Shown here: one piece after another, positions 33,201 through 46,110 of the stretch | Layout of the letters: every line of letters starts with the position of its first letter | Position numbering within the stretch: the stretch's first letter is position 1 | Source of the DNA: Octopus sinensis | Lineage: Eukaryota | DNA length: 64,000 bases | Direction of reading: 5' to 3' | NCBI RefSeq assembly: GCF_006345805.1 | Contig: NC_043001.1 | Coordinates: forward strand, 106,702,001 to 106,766,000 | The notes under the pieces: generated by a model | Databases searched by the model: none | Told to the model about the DNA's origin: nothing | What the model saw: the letters and a program-made list of their open reading frames with translations, nothing else | Position numbers and translations under genes: made by a program

Positions 33201-36200
33201 CATTTGATTTGATTTTGATATTGCTGTTGATATATTTGACTCAATAGGTCTCCTCAAGCACATCATGTTGCCCTATGATTCAAGGTACTTTTGAATGGGC
33301 TGGTTATGCGACACTGGTGTAGGTTACAGCTGTAGACCAATGACTAAAACTCATAAAAGAGATGCATGGAAGCAATGACCAAGACCTTTGGCATTATGTC
33401 GTGCTTGAGAAGAAGATCCATCAAGTTGAGAAAAATTTCTTTTGTGGCAGATACTGGTGTCACACAAACTGGCACGTACATGCACCGCTGTGTCATGCAA
33501 ATGGCACCTGTGCTAGTGACATGTAAATGCACCCATTACACTCTCAGAGTGGTTGGTGTTAGGAAGGGCATCCGTTTATAGAAAACCATGCCAAATCAGA
33601 CTGGAGTCTGGTGTAGCCTTCCAGTGTGCCAGTCTGGTCAAACCGTCCAACCCATGCCAGCATGGACAACGGACGTTAAATGATCCTAATGATGATGATG
33701 ATATATATATATACACACACACACACATACGGAGTGGCAGTATTAAGCAGTGATGTGTATTAATACAAACTTGTCAGTCAAATATGCTTGAAGCATATTG
33801 AAATCCATAAGAAATCTATTCCTCATATTTTGTGATGGAGAAAATTTCTATACACATCCCTGCTTCAACTTTGTTCTAGTATCTTTTGCAATTAAACTGG
33901 TACGAAGCTGCATCGGTCCTTACCCTCCCCTTGGACAATATCAGTGTCTTGGAAAGAGAACACCTGCTACATGGGCCACTACCGGTCTTCCATACAGTCT
34001 TGCTCTGGCCTGCACCCTACAGGAGACCTGCCAGCATCACCTCACCACATTCTACTTACCCAAACGGAAGCAAGACTTCCTTGGTTTGTTGATTCATCAT
34101 CTCATGAGAAATACAGATGCCAAAGACAGAAGATGATATGAGGTGATTATGTACAGTAATGTGCCTTGCTAAGTCACAAGGAAATGCTTGTAGATGATTC
34201 CTGGCACTTCTTTGTTATTGCTCTTTATTTCAAATTGAAATAAAATGAATGAAAAAGGAAAAGATATCTGTATATGTCTAAAATTATCATCATCATTATT
34301 TTTACACCCACTTCTCAATATCGTGTGGGTCAGATATATTGTTTTTAGGCAAATTTTTCTATGGTTGGATACCCTCCTTGTTGTTTACCTTCGCTTGTTT
34401 CCATGCAAAGCACTGTTTCCCCTTGGCTAGATGTTTGTGCATGATATTTGAAATGTATGACAACTCTTGTTTGACTGTGACACTCATTTATAAGTATCAT
34501 GTGGTGACAAGACACACACACACATATGTATGTATGTCTTTTTTTTTATCTTGCATGTACTTGGTGACCTTGTCAGTGCACGTGCCACTTAAAAAGCACC
34601 CAGTTCACACTAAAGTGGTTGGTGTTTGGAAGGACATAAAAACCATACCAAAACAGTCACAGAGGTTTGGTGCAGGCTCCTGTCTGGTCATTTTTTTTTT
34701 TTTAATTCTGCTTCTATAAGAAATTATTCTTGTTATTAGCAAAGTTTGGATTCGGTCGAGTAACGGAAAAAAGTTGCCTTATATTTAGAAATCAAATACG
34801 CCCGAGGTAAAATTTGTGTTTCTGTCTTCTCTGGTCGGCAAAAGTAATGCACCAAAATTCGACAGATAAATTTGAGGTTTTCTTCCCAAAATCAAAAAGA
34901 TCGACGAACAAGTGATGAGCTCAAGAGTTATTTCCCTTGGCCTGAAATTGATTTTTCTTTTTCACCAAAATCCAGATTAATAATTCCGAGTGCATTCAAT
35001 CCATCGTATTTAGCTGCAAAGTTTTGCCTCGCACTACGCCCCACCCCCCTTTTTCCGTTTTATCCTTTACTGAATCCGTTTTGTTTTTAACTTATTTCAA
35101 TCATTGGACTGCGGCCATGTTGGGGTACTGCCTTCGAGTTTTTAGTTAAACGATCGACTCCAGTTCATTTTTTAAAAAACCTCGTACTTCTTCTATCGAT
35201 TTCTTTCGCCTGACTACTAAGTTACGGGGAATTAGACTCCGATTGTCGAGCAGTGTTGAGGGGCAAACGGACAGGTCTATACCATGCTTTATACGATGTT
35301 CTTTATACATAAATTTTATCAGTTAACGGTTTGCAGGAATTGAACAGCTCTGATGAAATCCGACTTTCAAATAATTTTTAATTTTATTAATTAATTTTCT
35401 GAAAGGTCTTGAATTGAAAGAGCTGTGTAAGAGATGTTTGTCAATTTTTTAATGAATAAATAATAATTTATTAATTATCTCTCTATTTTCTTATCTTGTA
35501 AAAAGGGGAATCATTGGGAATATAATGAGAATGGATGATATTGAGAATGAAGGATGGATTTTAAATGGCAGTAGTTCCAGAAAGAAGGGAAGGTAACAGG
35601 TGTCAGAAAGGGAGATGTAATATGTGCATATTCTGCCCTTGTATAATTACAGCAGCTGAACAACGCTCTAGTTCAGCTGCTGATTGGGTGCAGGGGCAAG
35701 GCCCAGTGAAGGTATAGGTCTAAACATAATGCATTTTAAGACCTCCCATTTGCTGAGATAGACAGGGCCTCTCAAAAAGGGCAAATCACCTGTCATCTCT
35801 TCTGTGAGGCTCAACATCTTGAGATCAGCCTTCACTACACCATCCTATGTCTTCCTTGGTTTCCTTCTTTCCCAAGTTCTCCCCATTTTTATTGATTGCT
35901 TCTTCTATATACAGGTGTCCTCAACCATATACATTACATGACCATACCAGTGTAATCTCTCTTCCACTGCATTTGATTCCCACTTGGTGCCCAATTTTTC
36001 TCTTTAATGCATTGCACTTTGTCTTACATGCACACTGATATTGCACATGCAATAGAGCACTCTAGCTTCATTCTTTTCCAATTTTTGCATGTCCTCTGCA
36101 TTCAGGACCCATATCTCTCCACCATGTAGCATTGCTGTTCATACACACGTATCACACAATCATCAGTCTTTCACTCTGAATAAAAGAGAGACAGACAGAC

Positions 36201-39200
36201 AGACAGACAGACCTTTTGTTACTAACAGAGGTTATAGCTTTCTAAATTATGACAGTGTGTGTGTGTGTGTGTGTGTGTGCATGTTCAACAGTAAGCATCA
36301 TGAGGGAAAAGCTGGGCATAAGAGGCATCAGATGTGGTGTGCAAGTGAGACAACTGCACTGGTATGGTCATGTGTTGTGTATTATGGACAAGGACAGCTG
36401 TGTAAAGAAGTGCCAAACTCTAATTGTGGAGGGAAGCTGTGGTAGAGGTAGACCCAAGAAGACATGGAATGAGGTGATGAAGCATGACCTTTGAACTTTG
36501 AGCCTCACAGAGGCAATGGATAGTGATCAAGACCTTTGGTGGTATTCTGTGCTTGAGAAAACCCATCAAGCCAAGTGAAATTGTAGACATGGCTGTTGTT
36601 AGTGTCACTTAACTGGCACCTATGCTGGTGGCATGTAAAAAGCACCTTTTGTGCGTTGGGCCTCACGGAGGCAAAGTGGCTGAGCTATTTTTGAATGTTC
36701 AGCCTCACAGAGGCAATGACCAAGACCTTTAACATTATGTTGTGCTTGAGAAGAAGACCCACCAAGCTGAGCAAAACTGTGACAGATACCAGTGTCATGC
36801 AAATGGCACTTGTGCAGGTGGCATGTAAAAGCACCCATTACATTCTCAGGGTGGTTGGTGTTAGGAAAAGCATCTAGCTGTAGAAACCTTGCCAGATCAG
36901 ACTGGAGTTTGGTGCAGCCTTCCGGCTTGTCAGCCCTGGTTTTAACCATCCAACCCATGCCAGCATGGACAACAGACATTAAATGATGATGATGGTGATG
37001 ATGATATATCAGGGTATTAGGAAGGGTATCCAGCCATAAAAATAGACAATGAAGCCTGGTGCGGCCCTTAACCTTGTCAGTTCCTGTCAAACCATGCCAG
37101 CAGGGAAAACAGGCATTAATTGATAACGATGATGATTATGTACACACACACACACACACACACACACATGTGGCATAATCAACATCATTTTAATGTCCAT
37201 TTTTGGATGGGATTTTGTTATTACAATTTTCCTATCGCTGGTGCCTGGTCACCAATCCTTAAGTAAGATAATATATCTCCATGTTAAGGCGGCGAGCTGG
37301 CAGAAACTTTAACACGCCAAGTGAAATGCTTAGCAGTATTTCGTCTGCCGCTATGTTCTGAGTTCAAATTCCGCCGAGGTCGACTTTGCCTTTCATCCTT
37401 TCGGGGTCGATAAATTAAGTATCAGTTACGCACAGGGGTCGATATAATCGACTTAATCTGTTTGTCTGTCCTTGTTTCTCCTCTCTGTGTTTAGCCCCTT
37501 GTGGGTAGTAAAGAAATAGGTGTTTTTTCTTTCTTTACGTTCTGAGTTCAAATTCCACCAAGGTCGACTTTGCCTTCCATCTTTTCAGGGTTGATAAATT
37601 AAGTACCAGTTGTGTACAGGGGTTGATCTAATTGACTGGCCTCCTCTCCCAAAATTTTGGGCCTTGTGCTTAGAGTAGAAAAGATTAAATCTTCATGTGG
37701 AGGCATGTTTTTACAGGAAAATGGAAATGGAGTCCCTGCTTGCATGACAAGGACATTCATTTACCAGAATCACACAAGGAGCCAATAAAACACACACATA
37801 AACTCAAAGATACACACACGCACACACACACACAAACTCCAAAGCTATACACATATATACATTCAGAAATGGCTCCTTCCATCTTCTTCCAAATTCACTC
37901 ACAAAACTTTGGTTGTCTTAAGAGTTTAGTAGAAGACACTTCCGCAAGGTGCCACACCATGGGATTGAACCCAGAACCATGTGGTTCGAAAGTAAACTGC
38001 TTAACTACACAGCCATGCCTTCACCTATTTATGTATTTTTTTATCTTTTATTTTTACTTGTTTCAGTCATTAGAATACGGCCATGCTGGGGCAGTTCCTT
38101 GAAGATTTAATTAGTCGAATAAACTATCCCCCGTACTTGTTTATTTTTTAAAAACCTGGTACTTATTCTATCAGTCTCTTTTGCCAAACTGCTAAGTTAT
38201 GGAGACAAACACACCAAGGCCAGTTATCAGGTGGTGGTAGTGGTGGAGGACAAACACACACACACACATATACGATAAGCTTCTTTCGGTTTCCTTTACC
38301 AAATCCACTCAAGGCTTTGGCTGAGCTCAGGCTATAGTAGAAGACACTTGCCCAAGGTGCTGTGCAGTGGGACTGAACCTGGAACCGTTTAGCTGAAAAG
38401 CAGACTTCTTACCACAGAGCCACACCTACACATGTGTGGGTGTGAGTGTTTGTAGGAAAAGGTTTGTCTGGATGTATTTCATGTGTTTAGGACTCTATAA
38501 ACGTATGACCATGTGTGAGCATTAGTTTGGCTGTGTTTAAACTCTTATGTATTTTTGTGAGTATGTTTATGTGAAGAACACTTGTGTCTGTAGTTATATG
38601 TACCTATAAAACTCTGTACGTGTGTGTGTGTATGTGTGTGTGTTTGCTTGCCAGTCTCAAATCACTCTGCATGTGTCTGTGCAGATTTACGTGTGTGTAA
38701 GCGTGTGGAGTGCTCTTTTGCCAATGTTTTGATGGGCGTAGAAGCAAATGTGGGCAGACAGTGTGACGAGGCTAACTTTTGTCCCCCTTGTGCCCCCATC
38801 GCCCCCGCTGCCCTCCCTCCCCTCCTCCACACAAATAGACACCACCACCTCCTCCTCCTCCTTTTCCACCCACATTTTACTTAGCTTGTTGATTGTTGTC
38901 TGATACTTACTTTGATGAATAATACTAATATTGGACAGAACAACTCCTTTATCACTCTCCTTCCTTGCCCATCATCTTCACCACACACACACTCACATTC
39001 ACACACTCTCTCTCTCTCTCTCTCTCTCTCTCACATTATACACCAGACTATATTGTACTGTAAACATCATATACAAAAACAGTCAGTCACTCATACGTGT
39101 ATATGTTGTACTCACATTCAAATCATTGTTTCAGGCGGTTGACTGTGGCCATGCTGGAGCACAGCCTTTTAGTCGATGAAATCGATCCCAGGACTTGTTC

Positions 39201-39286
39201 TTTGTAATTCCTGATACTTATTCTATTGTTCTCTTTTAGTGAACTGCTAAGTTACGGGGATGTAGACACACAAATATATACCTATG

Positions 39287-39353
<67 letters not shown>

Positions 39354-42300
39354 ATATATACCTATGTATATATATATATATATATATGTACACACACACA
39401 CACAAATATATACCTATGTAAATATAAGCTTGCTTACCAATCACATGGTTCTGGGTTCATTCCCACTGCATGGCATCATTGGCAAGTGTCTTCTACTATA
39501 GCCTCAGGCCGACCAAAGCCTTGTGAGTGGATTTGGTAGATGGAAACTGAAAGAAGCCCATCCTCTGTGTGTGTATCATCATCATCATCGACGCTAAACG
39601 ATGATGATGATGATGATACACACACACACGATGGGCTTCTTTCAGTTTCCATCTACTAAATCCACTTACAAGGCTTTGGTCGGCCTGAGGCTATAGTAGA
39701 AGACACTTGCCAATGATGCCATGCAGTGGGAATGAACCCAGAACCATGTGATTGGTAAGCAAGCTTCTTACCACACAGCCACACCTATTCATAATTCCAT
39801 ATAACTACTTATACGCATGCAATTAATGCACTCATTTATAATATATACTTGTGAAGAAGCATATATGTAATTACTTTACTTGCTAGAAATAGCAGCCAAA
39901 TTTCCTTCAAAACACATACACATGTACATCATAATCATTTAGCACCAGTTTTCCAGGCTGGCATGGTTGGATGGTTTGGCAGGAGTTGGCCAACCAGGGA
40001 GCTATGCCCGGTTCCATTGTCTGTTTTAGCATAGTTTCTGTGACTCGATGTCCTTCCTAAAGCCAGTTGGAGTGCACTGAGTGTCTTTTATGCGGTGCCA
40101 GCACATCGTGGCGCTGGTGCATACATTCATGACAGGCTCCCACCAAGTTTCTATCTACCAGACTCCACATAAAAGACACAAAGTGCTACAAAGTGAAATT
40201 GAACCTGGAACTATCTTGTTTCGAAGCCAACATCTTAACCCCATAGCTAAGTTCTACACCCATCGCTGAACTTCATTTCTCCTAGCTAAAATGAAATGAG
40301 TATCAGCTGGTGTTATCATTGATGTCTATATGTAGTGTGGAGTAAACTGTGTCATAGTTCATCAGCAACTAGGTTTACTAGGTGCTTTTTACATGGCAGC
40401 GGCACAGGTGCCTTTTCTGTGGCACCATCACAGGTGCCTTTTCTGTGGCACCATCACAGGTTCTTTTTCTGTGGCACCATCACGACCGCTTTTTCTGTGG
40501 CACCAGCACAACTGCTTTTTCTGTGGCACCAGCACGGGTGCCTTTTCTGTAGCACCATCACGACTGCTTTTTCTGTGGCACCATCACAACAGCTTTTTCT
40601 ATGGCACCAACACAACTGCTTTTTTTACATGGCATCAAAAATAAATTGTCAACTGGTAGGGCTGAATGATATTGACTAAACTGCTCTCCTCAGCATTAAT
40701 GGCCTTCTGTCTCAATCAAAAAGCCTTCTTAAGGATGTAATTTTAATAAAACATAATTCCTTAGTATTTTACATAATGTATGCTGGTGAATACTTTCCTT
40801 ATCATCATCACCATTGCTTTAGTGACCACCTTTCCTTGCTTGCATAGGTCAGACAGAATTTGTCGAGGCAGATTTTTATGCAGGTAGATGTTGTTCCTGT
40901 CACCAATCCTCACTTGTTTCCAAGTAAGCTAATAGTTTCCCATGACCTGGCAGGTTTCCACTCTGTATCAGAAATGTAGGGGCAGTGCTTGCAAGATGGC
41001 GACACTCGTTGACAACTCTTACATAAAGTCAAAGCAAGAAGACAGTAATACACACACACAACCCAGGAACACGTCCACAATTAATCGAAGACTGTTTGAT
41101 TTCGTTAGTTTTCTTTTGCCTATGTGAGTTACAAATAATGTTATCTGTGGAGTAATATATGTATTAAAAAAGAATAAGCGGTCTTTGGCTGCTATTTCTA
41201 AATTTTCGGTATGTGGTTAAGTAACTTGTTGCTTAACCCTAATTATATATGTGTGTGTGTGTGTGACAGGCTTCTTTCAGTTTCCATCTACGAAATGCAC
41301 TGACAAGGCTTTGGTCAGCCCAAGGCTATAGTAGAAGACACTTGCCCAAGGTGCCACGCAGTGGGACTAAACCCGGAACTATGTGGTTGGGAAGTAAGCT
41401 TCGTGTCACATACCCATGCCTGCACCAATATATATATGCAAAGCAGGGTTCTTTCAATCCCCATCTTCCAAATCCACTCACAAGGCTTTGGTCAGCCCAT
41501 GGCTAAATAGAAGGCACCTAATCAAGGTGCCACGCAGTGGGACTGAGCCAGGAACCCTGTGGTTGGTAAGCAAGTTTCTTACCACACTGTCACACCTGCA
41601 CTTTTACTTATAAACATTGTTTTTCTCTTCTGTAGTGGCACCCTGCCTGGAGGAAATTGGATTGTTGCTGACTTGCTGGAAATCTTCAGATTTTTCCATG
41701 AAAGGATGCGAGAAGGAAGTAAAGGCTTTTAACGAATGCTATGCAGCGTCTCTGGTATGTACTCTCTCCACTAATATCTTTCGATAAAAACTCCGCTATC
41801 CATTTTCCTTCTGGAAGATTTTCAAGAAATAACATCACTACCACCATCATCACACCCCCATAACCATCATCATCATCTCTTTCATCGTTATTATCCAAAC
41901 TTTCTTTCTATATTTATCCTACACACTTTACACTGTACCAACTGTGCAGAAGAACAGCAACTGATGTATGGAACTGGTGCTAAAAAAGCTTCTACAGATA
42001 GATACCATTTTCCAAATCTTCTTCATGAAGGCAAATAACAAAAAGAAAAATCTAATTAGAATTTTTTAACCGTGGCCTATGCCAGTGTCACATAACCAGC
42101 CCATCTAAGAGCACCCTTCCATCATTGGGCAATAAACTGTGCTTGCAAAGACCTGTTCAGGCAAGTGAAATCGTTGCGGTTGATGACAGTACCCCCTGAA
42201 TGGCACCCATGTCAGTGGCACGTAAAATGCACCATTCAAGCGTGGTCAATGCCAGTGCCACCTGACTGGTCCCGTGCCAATGGTATGTAAAAAGCAACAT

Positions 42301-43981
42301 TCAAGTGTGGTTGTTGCCAGTGCCGCCTGACTGGCTCCCATACTGGTGGCATGTAAAAAGCACCATTCAAGCATGGTCGATGCAAGTACTGCCCGACTGG
42401 CCCATGTGCCAGTGGCTCATAAAAATCACCCACTACACTCTCGTAGTGGTTGGCATTAGGAAGGGCATCCAGCTGTAGAAACATTGCCAGATCAGATTGG
42501 AGCCTGGTGCAGCCATCTGGCTTACCAGCCCTTAGTCAAACTGTCCAACCCATGCCAGCATGGAAAGCGGACATTAAACAATGATGATGATGTTGTTGTT
42601 GTAGAGGAAGAATGCCAAGCTAGTCTTAATCAGTAAGCCTTTGATGAGAGGTGTTCCAACCATGACCATCCTGTCTTTTATTCCAACAGTGTGTGTTTCT
42701 AGGATTCCGTTATGAATTACCATCTTCCTTCTCTCCAAACAGTGTTTCCATTGATTTCTCTGGTATTTCTAACCTCTTTCATTCACAGTAATTTCATAAG
42801 TGTTATTGTTTAACTCCAAGGGAACTCTACTCAGATTAATGATCAAAGGCATTCCAACCATGGCCAACCCATCCTCTTAGGAATGTCTCAGATTATACAA
42901 TATAATGTGGCTGGCATGGCTGTGAGGTAATGGAGTTCGCTTTGTTACTAAGTGGCTCCAGGTTCAATCCCACTTTGTAGTACCTTGGATGAGTGTCTTC
43001 TACCTAAGCCCTGGGCCAACCAAAGCTTTTGAGTGGATTTCATAGATTGAAACTGAAAGAGGCTTGTTGCAAGCATATGTGTGTGTGTGTGTGTGTGTGT
43101 CTTTCTCTACACTGACAACAAACTTGGGCTGTGCTTGGCCCTCACAGGGACAATGACTGGTGACCGAGGCCTTTGGCAATGTGCTGTGCTTCAGAAGCCC
43201 CATCAAGCCAAGTCCACCCATGCTGGCGGTATGTAAAGAACATATTTTGAACATTGGGTTCCTTTCAAGTGTTGGGCCCCATGGAGGCAAAGTGGCTGAG
43301 TTCCTTTCAAGCATTGGGCCTCACGGAGGCAATGACCAAGACCTTTGGGTTTATGTCATGCTTGAGAAGAACCCCCATCAAGCCAAGCAAAATCGCAGTC
43401 ATGGCAGATACCAGTGTCATGCAAGCTGGCACATAAGCACACCCTGGTGTAACACAAATGGCACCCATGCTGGTGGCACATAAAAGCACCCATTACACTC
43501 TTGGAGTGGTTGGCGTTGGGAGTGGCACCCAGCTGTAGAAAACCATGCCAAATCAGACTGAAGTCTGGTGCAGCCTTCCAGCGTGCCATCCCAGTCAATC
43601 CATCCAACCCATGTTAGCATGGACCACGGACGTTAAATGATGATGATGATAAAGCTGATGTCTGGAACATAAATTAGCAAGAAATTTTGATTGAAGGCTT
43701 TAGTTTGACCTTTTACTATTTAAACCATATCTGTTGCAAATATTCTCCCCATTTTCTACTCCCAAGGGTCTTCTGGTTCTTGGTTGCAAGAAACCACTAA
43801 CTTCCAGCTTCCTTCACTACTGTCGTTATTGCTGGTGTTGTTACAAACACTTTGAAGTCCCTTCCTAATCTTTTTATGTTTCTTACAGAATCAACCTCCT
43901 CAAACTGGAAGCAGACTTTCCGCAGCAGAAGTGAACAAATTACTCAAGAGGTTTCCTCAGCCTCCACACTCATACAAGTAG
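30115..43981 (+). CDS. CHCHD1: Coiled-coil-helix-coiled-coil-helix domain protein 1 / mitochondrial ribosomal protein mS37 (3 exons, 119 aa)
   Basis: Exons 30115-30262, 41636-41754 and 43889-43981 total 360 nt in frame: MTRLTEVLNRGRRP...PLPPILKNSVSNKKDKSK V APCLEEIGLLLTCWKSSDFSMKGCEKEVKAFNECYAASL NQPPQTGSRLSAAEVNKLLKRFPQPPHSYK*. Twin CX9C motif, CWK and C-terminal NKLLxRFP match CHCHD1. Confidence 0.92.
30438..30678. mobile_element. long-TIR MITE, probably Merlin-type, inserted in a SINE
   Basis: ~80-bp TIRs ggtactacttgagaacagtggtcccggtgcgcgcactcgcgta...; 8-bp TSD aaaggttg/aagggttt (6/8 match); GG termini. Confidence 0.85.
31578..32436 (-). mobile_element. internally deleted mariner transposon
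   Basis: TA-flanked TIRs cgaggtggtatcataaaatttcaggcctagtt / aactagtccgggtactttttgataccaccttg. Minus-strand transposase remnants MDRKLDQRANMKFCIKHGKSAIETLSMLRQA and QTVNREFYCDVLK. Confidence 0.9.
36280..37003 (+). mobile_element. RTE LINE 3' fragment
   Basis: REKLGIRGIRCGVQ...WYGHV...GRGRPKKTW, followed by the family 3'UTR and (GAT)n tail. Confidence 0.85.
37287..37520 (+). mobile_element. SINE family 'ggcggcgagctggcagaaac...gcctttcatcctttcggggtcgataaa'
   Basis: Near-identical copies at 2589-2816 (-), 16995-17190 (-), 26590-26745 (-) and 58126-58352 (+). Confidence 0.85.
39426..39766. repeat. near-perfect inverted SINE duplication
   Basis: ~165-bp arms around an 8-nt loop (acgctaaa). Confidence 0.92.
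40381..40635 (-). repeat. 26-bp minisatellite, ~10 copies
   Basis: Unit ggtgccttttctgtggcaccatcaca on the plus strand. Confidence 0.92.
41636..41754 (+). CDS. CHCHD1: CHCHD1 coding exon 2 (CX9C-CX9C)
   Basis: tctgtag|...CLEEIGLLLTC WKSSDFSMKG CEKEVKAFNEC...|gtatgt. Confidence 0.93.
43889..43981 (+). CDS. CHCHD1: CHCHD1 coding exon 3 (stop)
   Basis: ttacag|NQPPQTGSRLSAAEVNKLLKRFPQPPHSYK TAG. Confidence 0.92.
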   Translation, partial: NQPPQTGSRLSAAEVNKLLKRFPQPPHSYK

Positions 43982-44773
43982 AGGGTCCAGTGAAAGGTTT
44001 TTAACAAAGGGAACAGCGTGTGTGTAAGTATGATCTTTGGTCTTTCAGCTCCTGCTTTGGTCAACTCCTGTTGTTACATTAGAGGCAGGTTCAATTCTAG
44101 ATCATTTCTCTTTTCTGTTTTTTTTTAGCTGTCTGTAAGAATCACAACAGCTGCAATGTTAAAGTGTTGTTGTTGTTTCTTTTGTAGGCACAAGCATGGT
44201 TGTGTTGTCATGATGTTTAGCTTGCGATCATGTGGTTCCCGGCTCAATCCTAGCTCACTCTGTAAAATAGTTTGTGTTAGGGCACATCCCTCCATAGAAA
44301 CTATTATAAAAAGGGAACATGTGAACAAGACATGCCATCTGCCCCTAACCTGTTTAGGAGGCCAGTAACTCTGCATAAGAACTAAGTCAGGATGTGATGG
44401 CCTGACCCACCCAGCAGAGAAAAGTTAATGTAAAATTGTAGAAATATTTTTAAAATTCTATTTTTCTTACCATCATGCTTTGTTGAAAAATCCTACATGA
44501 TTTGATAATTAATTACTAATTCTTTATTGTTTTGTATGTGTGTTACTTGATAAGGCAGTGGTGGAAATCCCCTCCTCATTCTAGAAACAATCAAATCTCC
44601 TTGAAATTACACTCTCTTAAAAATGGAAATGACATTATGTAGTCTTAGATACATTGTGTGAATAAAATATTTAACCTCAGGTCATCTTTCAATTATAGAC
44701 CATTGCTGGAACGTCAGGGTCTATGATTCAGGGCTGACCTGGGACTAAACAACAACAACAGCCAAATGTTTAA

Positions 44774-44965
44774 CCCTTTAGCACTCATGTTACTCTGTCA
44801 GATGCAATGTTTATTTATTTTGAATTAATCATGAGATTTTGATGATCGGATTGTTTACTTTTAGTATGACATTGAAGGGTAGGTGTGAAAAGCTGAATCT
44901 GTCCTGTTTGAACATGAAGCAAAAAGAATATGTGGACCTGATTTGGCTGGTTTAAATGCTAAAGA
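44774..44965 (+). mobile_element. piggyBac-type MITE family B (TTAA|CCCTTTAGCA...TGCTAAAG)
   Basis: Copies at 12193-12399, 18221-18434 (its end displaced to 18874-18882), 3440-3650 (-) and 9138-9290 (-). Confidence 0.8.
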
Positions 44966-45084
44966 GTTAATAAAGATTATGAGACTGATAAGCTGCTTGG
45001 TGTATGAACCTTCAAAGGGGCCTCTGTCTGTATGGCTGCTACTTGCCATCTGTGCATTGGTAACCTTCTCCTGTTTATCCAAGT

Positions 45085-46110
45085 CAGTAGTGGGAGTGGA
45101 TGCTCTCTGAGAGTGTAGCTGCTAGAATATGAATAGCCTGGGCAAAGTTCAGAGAGCTCCCACTGCTGCTGGTGACAAAGAGCCTCTTGCTCAGAGTAAA
45201 AGGTAGACTGTGTGATGCATGTGTATGAACAGCCGTGCTACATGGCAATGAAACATGGGCCATGACTGCTGAGGACATGCGTAAGCTTGCAAGGAATGAA
45301 GCTAGTATGCTCCACTGGGTGTTTAATGTCAGTGTGCATCCATGACAGAGTGTAAGCACCCTGAGAGAAAAGTTGGACATAAGAGGCATCAGGTGTGGTG
45401 TGCAAGAGAGATGAATGTGCTGGTATGGTCATGTGTTGCATATGGATGAGAACAGCTGTGTGAAAAAGTGTCACACCCTAGCAGTAGAGGGAAATATGGA
45501 AGAGGTAGATCCAGGAAGACTTGGGATGAGGTGGTGAAGCACAACCTTTGGATGTTGGGCCTCAGGGAGGCAATGACTAGTGACCGAGACCTTTGGAGAC
45601 ATGCTGTGCTTGAGAAGACCCGGCAAGCCAAGTGAGACCGTAACCATGGCCTATGCCAGTGTAGCATAACCAGCCCATTTAAGAGTACCCTTCAATCATT
45701 GGGCAATAAACTGCACTTGCGAAGACCTGTTGAGGCAAGTGAAATTGTTGTTGTGGCCAATGACAGTACTCCCTGATTGGCACCCATGCTGGTGGGCACA
45801 TAAAAAGCACCATCTGAGCATGGTTGATGCCAGTGCTGCCTGACTGGTCCTGTGCCAGTGACGCATAAAAAGCACCATTGAAACGTGGTTGATGCCAGTA
45901 CTGCGTGACTGGCCTTCATGCCGATGGCACATAAAGAGCACCCACTACACTCTCCAAGTGGTTGGCGTTAGGAAGGGCATCCTGCTGTAAAAACACTTCC
46001 AGATCGGATTGAAGCCTGGTGCAGCCTTCTGGCTTGCCAGCCCTCAGTCAAACTCTCCAACCCATTCCGGCATGGAAAGCAGACGTTAAATGATGATGAT
46101 AATGATGATT
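45085..46110 (+). mobile_element. degenerate 3' fragment of same RTE LINE family
   Basis: Translates to ARI*IAWAKFREL..., MLHGNETWAMTAEDMRKLARNEASML; the 3'UTR has ~3 repeat units and a (GAT)n tail. Confidence 0.9.
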
